64,000 bases of DNA from Eledone cirrhosa (Eukaryota), in contig OZ024745.1 of the NCBI GenBank assembly GCA_964016885.1, forward strand, positions 6,014,001-6,078,000, written 5' to 3'. The stretch's first letter is position 1; the number at the start of each line of letters is the position of its first letter. A program made the translations under genes and the position numbers. The notes under the pieces were generated by a model. That model was not told the DNA's origin. It saw only the letters and a program-made list of their open reading frames with translations, and did no database searches. Positions 24,921-39,402 of the stretch are shown piece by piece.

Positions 24921-26339
24921 AACTGAAATTCTGTTTTTCTCTCTTTCTCCTCCCTCGTTCTCTCTGTTCCTCTTACTTTCTTTCGTCCCCTCTGCCATGT
25001 CAGTTAACTCTTTCTCTCTACTGACCTCTTCCTCGCACTCCCACTCACTCAGTCCCTGTTTCTCCCCTTCTTTCTTCCTCCCGTTCGCTGGCAAAACGGT
25101 TTTCATTCTTTCTAACACCGGATTCACTAGCGAAAGGTCTGTTGCTGACTCGCTCATATATTCACACAGCTTATGCTGAAAGACTAACTATGTTGCTTGT
25201 GTTTATTTCCATCTTCGGTTAGCTTCCCCCTGTGTTGTTTACTTGTCTCACTCGCTTTACGCGTTTCTATTGTCCTAATAACTTATTTTAGTTATTATCG
25301 CTCCAACGTGAGGTATATGATTTTTAATGCGATGAAATACCCATGATCGTTTGGTAAATCACTGATGAGGGACTCATTTTATAACATGTTATCCATGTGC
25401 AACCAGCAGTATTCTTCTCACCCATATTTTCATATATATATATATACATACATATACTTCTACCTCACACACACACACATATATATATATATACACACAT
25501 ACATACAATCATGTATACTTATTCGTTATGACCGTTTTATGGGAGAGTTGAACCTAGAATTTATGACTTTATGACTTTATGACAAAATCCTAAAGCCCTT
25601 CATTTTGACATCAAATATTAGGGTCGGGGATGAGATGCTGTGAAACTATTGTAGCCTTTGTTATTAATCAGATGTCTAGTTCTCACATTATTTCATATAA
25701 TTGTTTCTACTTTAGGCACAAGGTCAGCAATTACCCAGTGCATTACTGGTACTTTATTTTATCGACCCCGTAAGGATGAAAGGCAAAGTCAACCTCGGCA
25801 TAATGCCACCTCTGCTCCACACTTACAATAATTCGATAGAACAATTTCAACCTGAGGTTTAAATGGATGTTGATAACGTGTTCTCTCATATATGTTTCCC
25901 TCTGTCGGCCATGATAACTAATTGAGCCATTCTTTATGTGGCCGGTTAGTAGCTACTACTCATTCTCATGTATTGATGTTTGTTTTGTTCAAATCCAACC
26001 GTAACCTTAATTTAGTTTTATTTTCTTGTAAGGAAAATAGATGCCAAAGAAATAAACGAAAGTGTCTAATAACTGGGCATACTCAAAATTTACCATTTTT
26101 ATTAGTTAATAAAAGGAGGGGGCAGTGCTGTACCATGTGTTGGTCAAACTGGTTAGATTGATGTCCAGCCTAAAGACCGACAGATAAAGAACAAAGACCA
26201 TTAAGAATCTGTTCCGAATGTTTATAACGGAGTGAACTCCATTGGAGGTATTCAATGAGTAGGTGGAGCTATTGTATTGGAATTCCTGTTTAAGCTACAA
26301 CTTACTGATCTATCTTACTTCCTATACATATTGATTATC

Positions 26340-26560
26340 AACAAATATATATTTCTGGTTTTAGAATAACATATTTTACAGGGAAAGCCGACAGGTGGGA
26401 AAGCCAAAGTTAGATCACGAGCAAGATGGTTGGATAACATCTATATGTTCGGTTGGTCTCGTTTGGGAACTCAACCGGATCCTTTGGAGACGGCTGCTTC
26501 TCATAGGATCCTCTTGAATACATATCTGACTACTTTAACCCCACCATCCTCTCAAGAGTG
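26340..26560 (+). mobile_element. Possible RTE-type LINE 3' remnant
   Basis: GKPTGGKAKVRSRARWLDNI..GWSRLG resembles the RTE C-terminal GxRxxGRPxxRWxD motif. Confidence 0.35.
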
Positions 26561-27423
26561 CCTGACCATGTAGGATATTTCTCTCACCATTCATGTCGCT
26601 AATTTACTGCTTCTCTCTTTAACTGGCTAATTATTGAGTTGGCAAATAATTGGAGTAGTGGCTACAATTAATATAATTGTTTCTACTTTTGACACAAGAC
26701 CAGCAATTTGAATGGACCCCAATGCAGGACCGGATTTAGACTTGGGGGGGGGACTCTAGGTGCCACGATAAAATGCACCCACCCCATACTGTAATGTGGG
26801 AGTGGTGGTACCACGAGAAAACAAACTTGGTACACGCCGTGAAGTGGTTGGCTTTGGCATCCAACTGTCGAAACTCTACCAAAATAGAACGTATGACAAG
26901 ACACTGTCGTCTGATTTGCCTGTTTAGTGGGATAACCCATCTAGATCATACAAGTGTGGAATATGGACGTAAAACGGAGATGTTCTTGATGATTATGATT
27001 GCTATGTAAAATTCTTTTCTCTGTGGAACCAGTTATAGTTTTATCTTAACAGATGGTTAATATGATAAATAGGGAGAGTGACGAGTACATTTTATGAGAA
27101 TCAAGTTTAGATAATGCCATTAATGTGTAGAGAAAATTAACGCCACAAAACCGTTTTTATTATGTCCACATCACTCAAGATCTTATTCACGATTTCGTAC
27201 AATATTTCATCTAAAGATTTTGTTAGAGAAATTAACCTTAAAAAACGTGATGGGATTCTATGTAATCGTTTATTCCAACATCTAAGACGCGGCATATAAT
27301 GGCTGTTCACAAGAAACATCAAGGGAGTCGCTGAAAATGGAGGCACACTGATTCTTACTTATATCTTCAATCTGGCTTTTCAGTAAGGATGGAATTATAG
27401 CATTATATATATGTGTGTTTATG

Positions 27424-27462
<39 letters not shown>

Positions 27463-28377
27463 TTATGTATATATATATATGTGTGTGTTTATGTTTATAT
27501 GTATATATATATGTATGTGTCTTTGTGTATGTGTGTGTTTATGTGTGTATGTGTGTATATATATACATATATATACTTCTATTTTTTTCACCTGGGAGTG
27601 AAAGGCCCCCAGTTGTTGTCACAACACCTTTCTAGGAGAGGGAAACTCCGAAAAAAAAAAATACCTGCGGCTTCGGAAGCTTCCGATGATGTTGACCAGT
27701 TCTCCTTTTCGGGTAATGTTTTCGATGCTCAGAGAGTGGGATTGGTTGAGTGAAAGGACTTTTCTTACTTAAAAAAACCTTCAAAGCACAGGAATTGCTT
27801 GTTCAGGATATGTTACAGGTTTGTGTGACTGGCCGTAGCCTAAAAATGCACTATTTTCTGTAATCTGACAAGCGATTGCAATGCTCTTAGCAGAGTTTGC
27901 AGCCATCATATACATACATATGGTGGCTGCCAACTCGTTTTCGAGTACGGCCACTACTTTATATCCATGTAGGAGAACCCCTACCGATGCGCTGAACGAG
28001 TGTGACTTTTTAGTCCAGCCAGCGACTTGAAAACTCTGGTACAAACACTACACCTGTGACAATTATTGACACATAGTGCTAGGCCCATGGTACCATGTGA
28101 CGACAAGTGCAGAGAGATCTCCAGATATAAAGCAATGCCTGTGTCGTGAAGCTTTTATAGTGAGCAAAGGCACTGCACAAAGCCAGTCCCTCTCTCTTAA
28201 ACAAGATGATATTTACCAAAAAGAAGAACAAGTCAACATCATTGGATACCATCAGGGTTGCAGGTGTTATATCAGAGTTTTCCTTCTCCTAGAATTCTGC
28301 CTTGACAAAGGCTAAGGGGTCATCTCTCCCGGTGATTTTGGATGGCCATTGACTCTTAAGAGCTCCTTTGCCCTATG

Positions 28378-28490
<113 letters not shown>

Positions 28491-29903
28491 CTATATATAT
28501 ATATATATGTTGTTTGTTTATGTTGTTGTTATTAGTGACTGTCATTTCATCCATTTTTAAAAATACATTTTATAGCATCTCTGAATATATATATAATTGA
28601 AACAATGGAGAATAATATGGTCAACAGTAGAAAAAAGAGGATTTATTTGCAGTCTAATATATATATATATATATATGTCGTATATATGTCGTATATATGT
28701 CTATAACTTCTCCTAAAAGAGGTGGAGGGGTGTAGATTGTCAGAATTGGTAGTGTCGGATAAAGTAGCATTGCGGTACTTGTTCCAGCTGTTTACATTTG
28801 GAGTTCAATCCCTCCGGGGCCAACTTTACCTTTCATTCTTCCGGGGTCAATAAAGTACCTGTCAAATACTGGGGTCGATTTAATCAACTTTACATTCCCT
28901 CACATTTACTGGCCTTGTGTCTAAATTAGAAATCAATAATTTCTCTTATATGATCGATGGCGCAATGGAGTGTTGCTACATGTTCTGGTATATTATAGTT
29001 TCTACATGTTCTGAAATATTATAGTTGCTACATGTTCTGATATAGTTACTACAGTAATCTTGCTACATGTTCTAATATAAATACTACAGTAATGTTGTTA
29101 CATCTTCTAATATGTGAAAACAAAAACCGCTCTACCCTCTACATAAAACTTTATTGCAATCCTATTTTACTTTGCTGAACCCATCTAAAAATTGTGGATC
29201 AGTGAGCCAGGAGTTTTATAATATTTTATACTTTAACCACTTGTTCTTGGTATAACCTGTGAACAGTGTAGATATATTTTCTAAAAGTAAGTTGTTTAGA
29301 CTTCGGCAATCCTTGAGTATATGACACAACATTCACTTTGTAAACAGTGAAATTGGCATGGCATACTGTGACTTAATGTTTGGGATGTTAGACATGATTG
29401 TAATGTCGTGAGTACCGTTTCTAAACAGGACATTACGTTGTGTTTTTGAGTAAAACACTTCATTTCACGCTGTTGCAATGCATTTAACTGAAAATAAGCA
29501 TTAACTAGATGATTACTTTGCGAATGACTAGTGTCCTATCCAGGAGCAGTCTTGTACTTTAAGTTTCTTAACGCCAAATGAAACCGGGATAAACAGGAGC
29601 CTAATGAACCTCTGGGTTGGAGACTAACATTTCTTAGTCTCTAGGATCGCCCAGACTTCCATCAAATCATCGCCAATATATTTCAGTTACTTTATTACAT
29701 CAGGGAGCTTTTTCATGTCAGCTCGACCTGCCAGATATAGTGGGCAAATATTCCTGAATTGAAACCCTACCGTCTATGAATTTTACTGATTGTACAAAAA
29801 TATCCCGAATATCAAGATCATCATTGTGACCACAGTCGAACATTCCAGACAAAGTCTCTCCACAATTCCCCATGTTCTATTCCTCCTGGTAACTGTCCCC
29901 TAG

Positions 29904-29970
29904 CGAGGTTTGTATCATCCGAGAGTTGATCAATGAAGGTTCAAACAGGTCTTCCTCTACTGTGTCTTCC
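29904..29970 (+). CDS. Candidate 67-bp internal exon of an unidentified gene
   Basis: Acceptor gtaactgtcccctag|, donor |gtgagt, open frame EVCIIRELINEGSNRSSSTVSS. Confidence 0.3.
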
Positions 29971-29974
29971 GTGA

Positions 29975-30122
29975 GTTGGTTTCCACAATAGTAACTTGTG
30001 TATAACGTCAAGGTTGGTTCCCACAATAGTAACTTGTGTATAACTACCTGGGTTGGTTCCCACAATAGTAACTTGTGTATAACATCAAGATTGGTTCCCA
30101 CAATAGTAACTTGTGTATAACT
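29975..30122. repeat. About 38-bp tandem repeat, 4 copies
   Basis: Unit core gttggttcccacaatagtaacttgtgtataac. Confidence 0.9.
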
Positions 30123-30459
30123 TCCTGCTTACTTCTCCAGCAATGTCCTGCTAATCGTAACTGTCTTTTAACAATTGTAGTTGTTATCTTCGGCAAGTTT
30201 CTCTATAAACTTTCATTTGTAATACGTTGACGCCAGTTTATGTTTTGAACACCCCTAAATATTTTAGTGGCTGCACCGTTTAATTATGACTGCACCGTTT
30301 AATTATCTCTAATAACAATTTGAAAAAGGAATATAAATTAACGAAATCTATTCCCCCACCCACTAAAAAAGAGATTAATTCTCCTCAATTCTCCTAATTA
30401 TCCTAAATTAAAACAAAACAAAATAAAGTAGCCAGTAGTTGGACCTGGCAACCTTTCCT

Positions 30460-31085
30460 ACAAACACTCCCCTCCTATAGAGACCTCAAACTCTCCCCTC
30501 CTGTAGAGACACTCCCCTCCCATAGAGACACTCCCCACCTATAGAGACCTCAAACTCTCCCCTCCTGTAGAGACACTCCCCTCCTATAGAGACACTCCCC
30601 CTCCTATAGAGACGTCAAACACTCCCCTCCTGTAGAGACACTCCTCACCTATAGAGACACTGCCCTCCTATAGAGACCTCAAATACTCCCCTCCTATAGA
30701 GACCTCAAACACTCCCCTCCTATAGAGACCTCAAACACTCCCCTCCTATAGAGACCTCAAACACTCCCCACCTATAGAGACACTCTCCACTTATAGAGAC
30801 CTCAAACTCTCCCCTCCTGTAGAGACACTCCCCACCTATAGAGACCTCAAACTCTCCCCTCCTGTAGAGACACTCCCCTCCTATAGAAACACTCCCCACC
30901 TATAGAGACCTCAAACACTCCCCTTCCTATAGAGACCACAAACTCTCCTCTCCTGTAGAGACCTCAAACATTCCCCTCCTATAGAGACACTCCCCACCTA
31001 TAGAGACCTCAAACACTCCCCACCTATAGAGACCTCAAACTCTCCCCTCCTATAGAGACACTCTCCACCTATAGAGACCTCAAAA
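30460..31085. repeat. Minisatellite of mixed 26-bp and 19-bp units
   Basis: Units ctcccctcctatagagacctcaaaca and ctcccctcctatagagaca. Confidence 0.92.
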
Positions 31086-31785
31086 GCTAGTCTCCTTCAG
31101 TATTGTGAAGCACACATATCATTGTGACACAGCTCCATCTCCTCTCAAATTCAACGAATAAACATTTTCAAAGTTACTGGAGATTCTCAACCCCTCCCAC
31201 AAACCACGTACTAAATATTTATCTCCAATCCTTCTCCTAATTTAAACCAGTGAAGCTCCCACCCGAACTCCTCTACAGATATCAACCTCAATATAACATC
31301 CACCTCCCCCAGGGGAGAAAATCTAAAAAGCTATGGGCACTGTCCCTTCTCTTCTTTCAACTAAAATCTATCAAAAATACAACAACAAAACAGAAACAGC
31401 GAACTAAGTACGAATCCTTTTTGAAAACTGTTTATTAAAATCTACATTTTATTGACCGTATCTCAAGTATAATAAATTTTCACTTCAATAGAATAGATTT
31501 TTTTTTATTGGGAATGAGTGAGAATAGATCGTTGAAAAGATTTTCTTACTTTATAACTGTAAAAAAAAAAAAGAAAAAAAAACTGCCCAAACTATAAACT
31601 AATTCAATAGTGCAAGTTTTATTGGCCAACATAACTTTGTAAAAATACAACACGTGATATTAGATTAATCCGATTCCTGTTCGGATAGAAGGAATATTGT
31701 TGTTTTTTTGTTATTGTTTTTTTTTCAAAATAAACAGCATAAAAGAAACACGCTACACCTTTTTAGAAATCACTGCAAAAATACA

Positions 31786-31956
31786 TACGAGGGTCGACCA
31801 AGATACTCTCATGGAATGACCAAATGAAATTTATTTTTCAACATAGTCCCTGGAAAGAAACAATGCAATAAGAAGAGTTGAAATTAATGCAAGATTTCAC
31901 AGCTCTAGCATCACTCCTTCATAGTGAATCTATGAACTTTTCAGCCGTCCCTTGTA
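31786..31956. mobile_element. mariner-like MITE remnant
   Basis: Termini tacgaggg.. and ..acttttcagccgtcccttgta. Confidence 0.45.
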
Positions 31957-32633
31957 TAATTAGATCTAATGTCCAGCTCTGAAAGAAAGTCAAATAGTTA
32001 TAGAAGACGTTTAAATCGAATTTGGTAGTGATTAACCAATATGTGAGGAATCAATCATTAGATACTGAACCGAAACTAATTATAGTTTGGCCACCCCATC
32101 GATTTCTGTTAAATGGTAAATAATAGTTAATACTAAATCAATTAAGTAATAAAAGGATAGAAGCTCTGTCAACCAATATTTCACATCTTTTTATTAACGT
32201 CTATTTCGTTCCATGTTAATTAAAATAAATTAAAAACATTAATGAGTTTTAAAGTATTCTTAATTGAATTTATTTTTAGAAATCTTACACTTCACATAAA
32301 CGTTTCTTTCTAGACACACTGGGGAACCCATAGGGTTTTGGGAGTAAACACACATAGTTTATTGGTGTGTAACGTCTGGTGAGCTATCGAGTCGGGCCAC
32401 ACGTGAATAAACATAATACTGCTATATTGATACTTCGTTCCTGCTCATTATTATTGCAAAGTATCGAACATGCTCTGCGGCATTATGTTACGCCCCTTTA
32501 CGTTCTGAGTTCAAATCTCGCCGAGGTTAGCTTTGCCTTTCATCTTTACTGGGTCTATAAAATAAAGTCCCAGTAATGCACTGGGGTCGATTTAATTGAC
32601 TTTTCTTTTCCCCTAAAATTATTGGCCTTATAA

Positions 32634-32674
<41 letters not shown>

Positions 32675-32768
32675 CCAATCTCATATATCCATCTTATTTT
32701 TTTTTTCATATGTTGATTTAACACTTCACTGCTCGCAAGTGTTTTTTAAGCTTCATATCATGTCTCCC

Positions 32769-32835
32769 TATTTTATCTGATGAGAACGCAAATAACATCC
32801 CATGATGATATTTGTTTTTGAAATGTTATTAAAGA
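32769..32835 (+). ncRNA. Degenerate hammerhead ribozyme
   Basis: UAUUUUAU-CUGAUGA-GAACGCAAAUA...UAUUUGUUUUU-GAAA; the 3' strands are eroded. Confidence 0.5.
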
Positions 32836-33949
32836 TTTCACGGAATCTTACGATGTTTTGCTACCACGGGGATGCCAGATCAATTTCAGAAAAAGTCGAA
32901 TTGCCTCTAAAAGTGTCGCCAAGTTGAAGTTTTTTTTATAGAAGCAGGGTTCTGCAATCAGACACTCAACACCGCTTGGAGGGGAGGTTGAAATTTTTTT
33001 CGGATTTCTATTTTAGATATTGGAGATTAGGATTTTATAAATAAATTTAAAAATACAATTTTATCCAAGTCTATCTCCGAAACCATTAACCCACAACTCT
33101 AACCCTAAACATTAACCCTAACCCATTTTCCTAACCCCTAGCATTAATCTATAACCTTAATCTTTAATCGTAAACAAAATCCCTAACTCAAAAACCCTGA
33201 TCCCTTACCCTAACCCTAATTTCTTTTAGAAATATAATTTTGTGTACAATTATAATTTCCAATATTTAATTATAATTTCCAATGTTTAAAACAATAGAAT
33301 TCCGAAGAAATTTTCTATGAAAATAAAAAAAATTCAAAAGTTACGGAGTTTAGTGAAGAAGTTGATTTGTTTTATTGGCTTCTGAATATTGAAAGATCAA
33401 TGATGGAGACATTTGAGGGGAGGAGATGAAGTGATTTAATATACTGAAGTGCTTAACTTAGATCTTCTTGAGGAGGGGTGATCCTGGAGAGACAAAAGAC
33501 AAAGTTGACCCTAGCAAGGAACTGAGAACGTAAACAAATGTAACTAAATGCTGGGAGCTATTTTGCCCGACACGTTCCTGATTTAGCCACACAGAGCTGT
33601 TATGAGATAATGGTTCTGATTTAGGCACAAGGTCAACAATTTTTCGGGGGGAGAGGGAAGAAGAAGGTCAATTATATCAACCCCAGTACATTACTGTTTT
33701 ATTTTATCACCCCATAAGAAAGAAAGTAAAGGCTAATCTCGACGAGATTTGAACTCAGAACGTAAAGGGACGTAACGATATGCCACAAAAGTATGTTGTC
33801 CGACGTTCTACCGATTACTGCCAAATCATGTCAACCTGACACCTGAGGCAATATTTCACAATCCACATATTTTACAATTGTTATACAAATGATACTATAA
33901 GGGTAGAAATAACAGTAAATGTCTTTGCAAGATATTTTACATTGATAAT

Positions 33950-34230
33950 ACCCCTCCCAGGACTTGGACAGTGCCAGTCAGCACTGTTTTCTGTATTTCA
34001 TGCAGAACTGGTTTTTCAGGTATCTGCTTCTATATAATTCCAAGTTCACCGACCATCACTGGTATTGCCACAGGCTTTAACATGTCACATTTTCTCAATT
34101 ACAATTATCAGATCTTATAAATTATTGAGCTTTCCGAACTCGTTCCAGGAAATGATACGATCTGATGGAATGCTCATGTCAAGAAACATGTTTGCTTTTT
34201 ATGGTCCTTCACATTTATATCGGATCTATT
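33950..34230 (-). mobile_element. R4/Dong-like (restriction-like endonuclease) LINE 3' fragment, degraded
   Basis: Minus-strand DLIIVIEKM*H, IPVMVGELG and LHEIQKTVLTGT. Confidence 0.6.
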
Positions 34231-35560
34231 GGTCATGATTCTTCTTATTATTATCAATATGGATGGGTACCTGAGCGAACCCTGGGTGGTCATCCCCCCC
34301 TATTGGGGAATTTTTCTTGTATTTTTCTTGTTACTTTGTTATTGTTATTCATATTGTTTGCTCAATTTTTCTGTAAAACCCCACTGTGCCAGTCTTTTGT
34401 ATTGTCCCCTATATGTCGGCCCTTGTGGCCAATAAATGAAATCATTATTATCAATATGGATGGTGAATTGACAGTTAAATCGGTAGAGCGTTGGACAAAA
34501 TGTTTCGCAGAATTTACTTACGACTCTTTACATTCTGAATTCAAAACCTGCCGAGGTCAATAACCTACTCAGATTGGTAGAATCGACTTTTCCCTCCACC
34601 CTCCCCCACATTGTTTGACTTGTGTCAAAATCAGAAACCATTTAAAGGCGGTGGATTGACAGTGGAATCGGTAGAGCGTCGGACAAACTGCTTTCTAGCA
34701 TTTAGTTCTGAGTTCAAATCCCACCGAGGTTAGTTCTGCTTTTCATCCTTACGTGGCCGATAAAATAAAGTACCAGTAACGCACTGGGGTCGATTTAATC
34801 GCCTTTCCCCTTTCAAATTGCTGACTTTGTGCCCAAAGTAGAAACGATTGTTATTAATAAAAATTTAGAATTAGTTTTTGCAAATGTAGATGTTTAACTG
34901 AATTCTCTGTTAAAAGAGAAGACACCTTTCCTTCGGTTGTATTTTATATATCATTCTGGATGAAAGTCGTACAAGGAAACACTTTGATATTTAATTCTAT
35001 CATTATTACCACATAATAACTCAACAGAAAGTTTCTATATTAGTGATATTTAATTCTATCATACTATTACTACCAAACATTAATACAACAGAATATTAGT
35101 CTATATTAGTCTATGTGTGGTTTAAATAGTTAATATATTTCTATGATGTAATCGTTTCATTTCAGTATATCATCTCTCTCTGATCAAATAATTTGTCAAA
35201 CAACTGCAACTAAGAATACATACACACAGCTATACCCCACCCTATATATATATATGTGTGAGAGAGAGAGAGAGAGGGGGGGGGGGGACAAAGAGAGAGT
35301 GAGTGTGTCAGTGTATGGTAGTACATGCTGATTTGTATGGATGACACTATCGGCTTGATGTCTTAATTTTCACAAATGAATCTGATATCTTACTTAGAGT
35401 CCAGCCACTCCGCTACTCACTGTGTTGAGCATTTTAAAGAATAAACACACACAGCTACCGTGGTGGTTCTAAACACACAACCAATACACACACACATACA
35501 TATATTGATAAATACGTACTCATGCACTTACCAAACCAAATTAATGATGTCGTGTGTGTG

Positions 35561-35595
<35 letters not shown>

Positions 35596-35912
35596 ACTAT
35601 TTCTTCGAACAGAAGTTTCACACTCAGGCGTAGAGTTGAGTCTCTTGTTGCATATTAAAGCAACTAACGCCTTTCCCAGATACGTGTTTGATTATTCGGT
35701 GAAAAGATCCGTAGCAAGAGTACGTCACACAGCATGAGCTTATTGGTAAATAGGTCAGCAGAGGAAGAGACCAGGAATATCGTTGGTAAACCGCCAGAGC
35801 CTAACATACCAACATACTGCAATATTGCAATGTTATATACACACACTCGCATACACACACACGCTCGCATACACTCGTACACACGCATACACTCGCACTC
35901 ACACACACTCAG

Positions 35913-36013
<101 letters not shown>

Positions 36014-36719
36014 AATGTATGTGTGTGTTACATGGTCATGTAACTTTAAGTTTCAGGTGAAATGTCCTGTTGTCGACATGTAACCTATATTAGAGAACAG
36101 AAAAGTAATCGCCAAGATAGATCGATAGATCGATATGATTGGGAGCTCTATAATTTGAGGGAGAATACCTACTGGAGTCGATGTCAGCTAACAAACCACT
36201 TGTAAATATTGTTTCTTATTTAAGCAGAAATCCAGCAAATTGAAGGGAGGGAGAAAAGTCAATTATATTGATACCAGTGCCTTACTGGTACTTTTATTGA
36301 CCCCATACGGATGAAAGGCAAAGTTGACCTACCACTTGTAAATATTGCGATGTTGCTGTTAACTGTATGTAGTCATTTCTACCCTACTGCTCCTTTTTAC
36401 AGCCAGGTAGACTGGGCCATTTAAGAAATGAATGACCTGGTCACAGACACAACTTAGATCCAGTGACGTGATGTCAACTGCCACGTGATTGTTGTCCTGC
36501 TTTAAATACAATAACAATAATCCCTGCTATAGGGGCGGGGTTAGCAACCTGCTCCAGTGACCCGCGTAACTTGGAATGGCGACTTCAACGCGTCTCTATC
36601 GCTATTTTCTAGGGTAATACTTTCTCTTCTGAGACCAGGGAGCGGTTTTTTCACCTGAGGTTCAGCTTCGCCAGAGAGAGTTTTCTCACACTGTCCGGAC
36701 TCATTGGCTAGCAGTTGTA

Positions 36720-39402
36720 TAGCTTGCTATCTGTCACATCTATCTTGCTATCTGTGACATCTATCTTGCTATCTGTGACATCTATCTTGCTATCTGTGAC
36801 ATCTAGCTTGCTATCTGTGACATCTATCTTGCTATCTGTGACATCTATCTTGCTATCTGTGACATCTTTCTTGCTATCTGTGACATCTATCTTGCTATCT
36901 GTGACATCTATCTTGCTATCTGTGACATCTATCTTGCTATCTGTGACATCTATCTTGCTATCTGTGACATCTATCTTGTTATCTGTGACATCTATCTTGC
37001 TATCTGTGACATCTATCTTGCTATCTGTGACATCTAGCTTGGTATCTGTCACATCTATCTTGCTATCTGTGACATCTATCTTGCTATCTGTGACATCTAG
37101 CTTGCTATCTGTGACATCTATCTTGCTATCTGTGACATCTATCTTGCTATCTGTGACATCTATATTGCTATCTGTGACATCTAGCTTGCTATCTGTGACA
37201 TCTATCTTGCTATCTGTGACATCTAGCTTGCTATCTGTGACATCTATCTTGCTATCTGTGACATCTATCTTGCTATCTGTGACATCTTTCTTGCTATCTG
37301 TGACATCTATCTTGCTATCTGTGACACCTATCTTGCTATCTGTGACATCTATCTTGCTATCTGTCACATCTATCTTGCTATCTGTGACATCTATCTTGCT
37401 ATCTGTGACATCTATCTTGCTATCTGTGACATCTTTCTTGCTATCTGTGACATCTATCTTGCTATCTGTGACACCTATCTTGCTATCTGTGACATCTATC
37501 TTGCTATCTGTCACATCTATCTTGCTATCTGTGACATCTATCTTGCTATCTGTGACATCTATCTTGCTATCTGTGACATCTAGCTTGCTATCTGTGACAC
37601 CTATCTTGCTATCTGTGACACCTATCTTGCTATCTGTGACATCTATCTTGCTATCTGTCACATCTATCTTGTTATCTGTGACATCTATCTTGCTATCTGT
37701 GACATCTAGCTTGCTATCTGTGACATCTATCTTGCTATCTGTCACATCTATCTTGCTATCTGTGACATCTATCTTGCTATCTGTGACATCTATCTTGCTA
37801 TCTGTCACATCTATCTTGCTATCTGTGACATCTATCTTGCTATCTGTGACATCTATCTTGCTATCTGTGACATCTAGCTTGCTATCTGTGACATCTATAT
37901 TGCTATCTGTGACACCTATCTTGCTATCTGTGACATCTATCTTGCTATCTGTGACATCTATCTTGCTATCTGTCACATCTATCTTGCTATCTGTGACATC
38001 TATCTTGCTATCTGTCACATCTATCTTGTTATCTGTGACATCTATCTTGCTATCTGTGACACCTATCTTGCTATCTGTGACATCTATCTTGCTATCTGTC
38101 ACATCTATCTTGCTATCTGTCACATCTATCTTGCTATCTGTGACATCTATCTTGCTATCTGTGACATCTATCTTGCTATCTGTGACATCTAGCTTGCTAT
38201 CTGTGACACCTATCTTGCTATCTGTGACATCTATCTTGCTATCTGTCACATCTATCTTGTTATCTGTGACATCTATCTTGCTATCTGTGACACCTATCTT
38301 GCTATCTGTGACATCTATCTTGCTATCTGTCACATCTATCTTGCTATCTGTGACATCTATCTTGCTATCTGTGACATCTATCTTGCTATCTGTGACATCT
38401 ATCTTGCTATCTGTGACATCTATCTTGCTATCTGTGACATCTATCTTGCTATCTGTGACACCTATCTTGCTATCTGTGACATCTATCTTGCAATCTGTGA
38501 CACCTATCTTGCTATCTGTGACATCTATCTTGCTATCTGTGACATCTATCTTGCAATCTGTCACATCTATCTTGCTATCTGTGACATCTATCTTGTTATC
38601 TGTGACATCTATCTTGTTATCTGTGACATCTATCTTGCTATCTGTGACATCTATCTTGCTATCTGTGACATCTATCTTGCTATCTGTGACATCTATCTTG
38701 CTATCTGTGACATCTATCTTGCTATCTGTGACATCTATCTTGTTATCTGTGACATCTATCTTGCTATCTGTGACATCTATCTTGCTATCTGTGACATCTA
38801 TCTTGCTATCTGTGACATCTATCTTGTTATCTGTGACATCTATCTTGCTATCTGTGACATCTATCTTGCTATCTGTGACATCTAGCTTGCTATCTGTGAC
38901 ATCTATCTTGCTATCTGTGACATCTAGCTTGCTATCTGTGACATCTAGCTTGCTATCTGTGACATCTAGCTTGCTATCTGTGACATCTAGCTTGCTATCT
39001 GTGACACCTATCTTGCTATCTGTGACATCTATCTTGCTATCTGTCACATCTATCTTGCTATCTGTGACATCTAGCTTGCTATCTGTGACATCTAGCTTGC
39101 TATCTGTGACACCTATCTTGCTATCTGTGACATCTATCTTGCAATCTGTGACATCTATCTTGCTATCTGTGACATCTAGCTTGCTATCTGTGACACCTAT
39201 CTTGCTATCTGTGACATCTATCTTGCAATCTGTGACATCTATCTTGCTATCTGTCACATCTAGCTTGCTATCTGTCACATCTAGCTTGCTATCTGTGACA
39301 TCTATCTTGCTATCTGTGACACCTATCTTGCTATCTGTGACATCTATCTTGCAATCTGTGACATCTATCTTGCTATCTGTGACACCTATCTTGCTATCTG
39401 TG
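36720..39402. repeat. 21-bp satellite (CTATCTGTGACATCTATCTTG), about 128 copies
   Basis: Directly visible and highly homogeneous. Confidence 0.97.

Noticed and set aside
25360-25400. CTGATGA / CTGACGA (also at 2590) as a hammerhead
   Set aside because: No correctly placed GAAA-stem III-UH follows in either copy.
26725-27140. hAT transposon remnant
   Set aside because: Only a TIR-like start (caggaccggatttag) and vague similarity are present, which is too degraded to support.
36575-36597. GDFNA-encoding stretch as the missing 5' part of the Tx1 endonuclease
   Set aside because: It is only five codons with no flanking homology, and the motif position is already represented at 39403.
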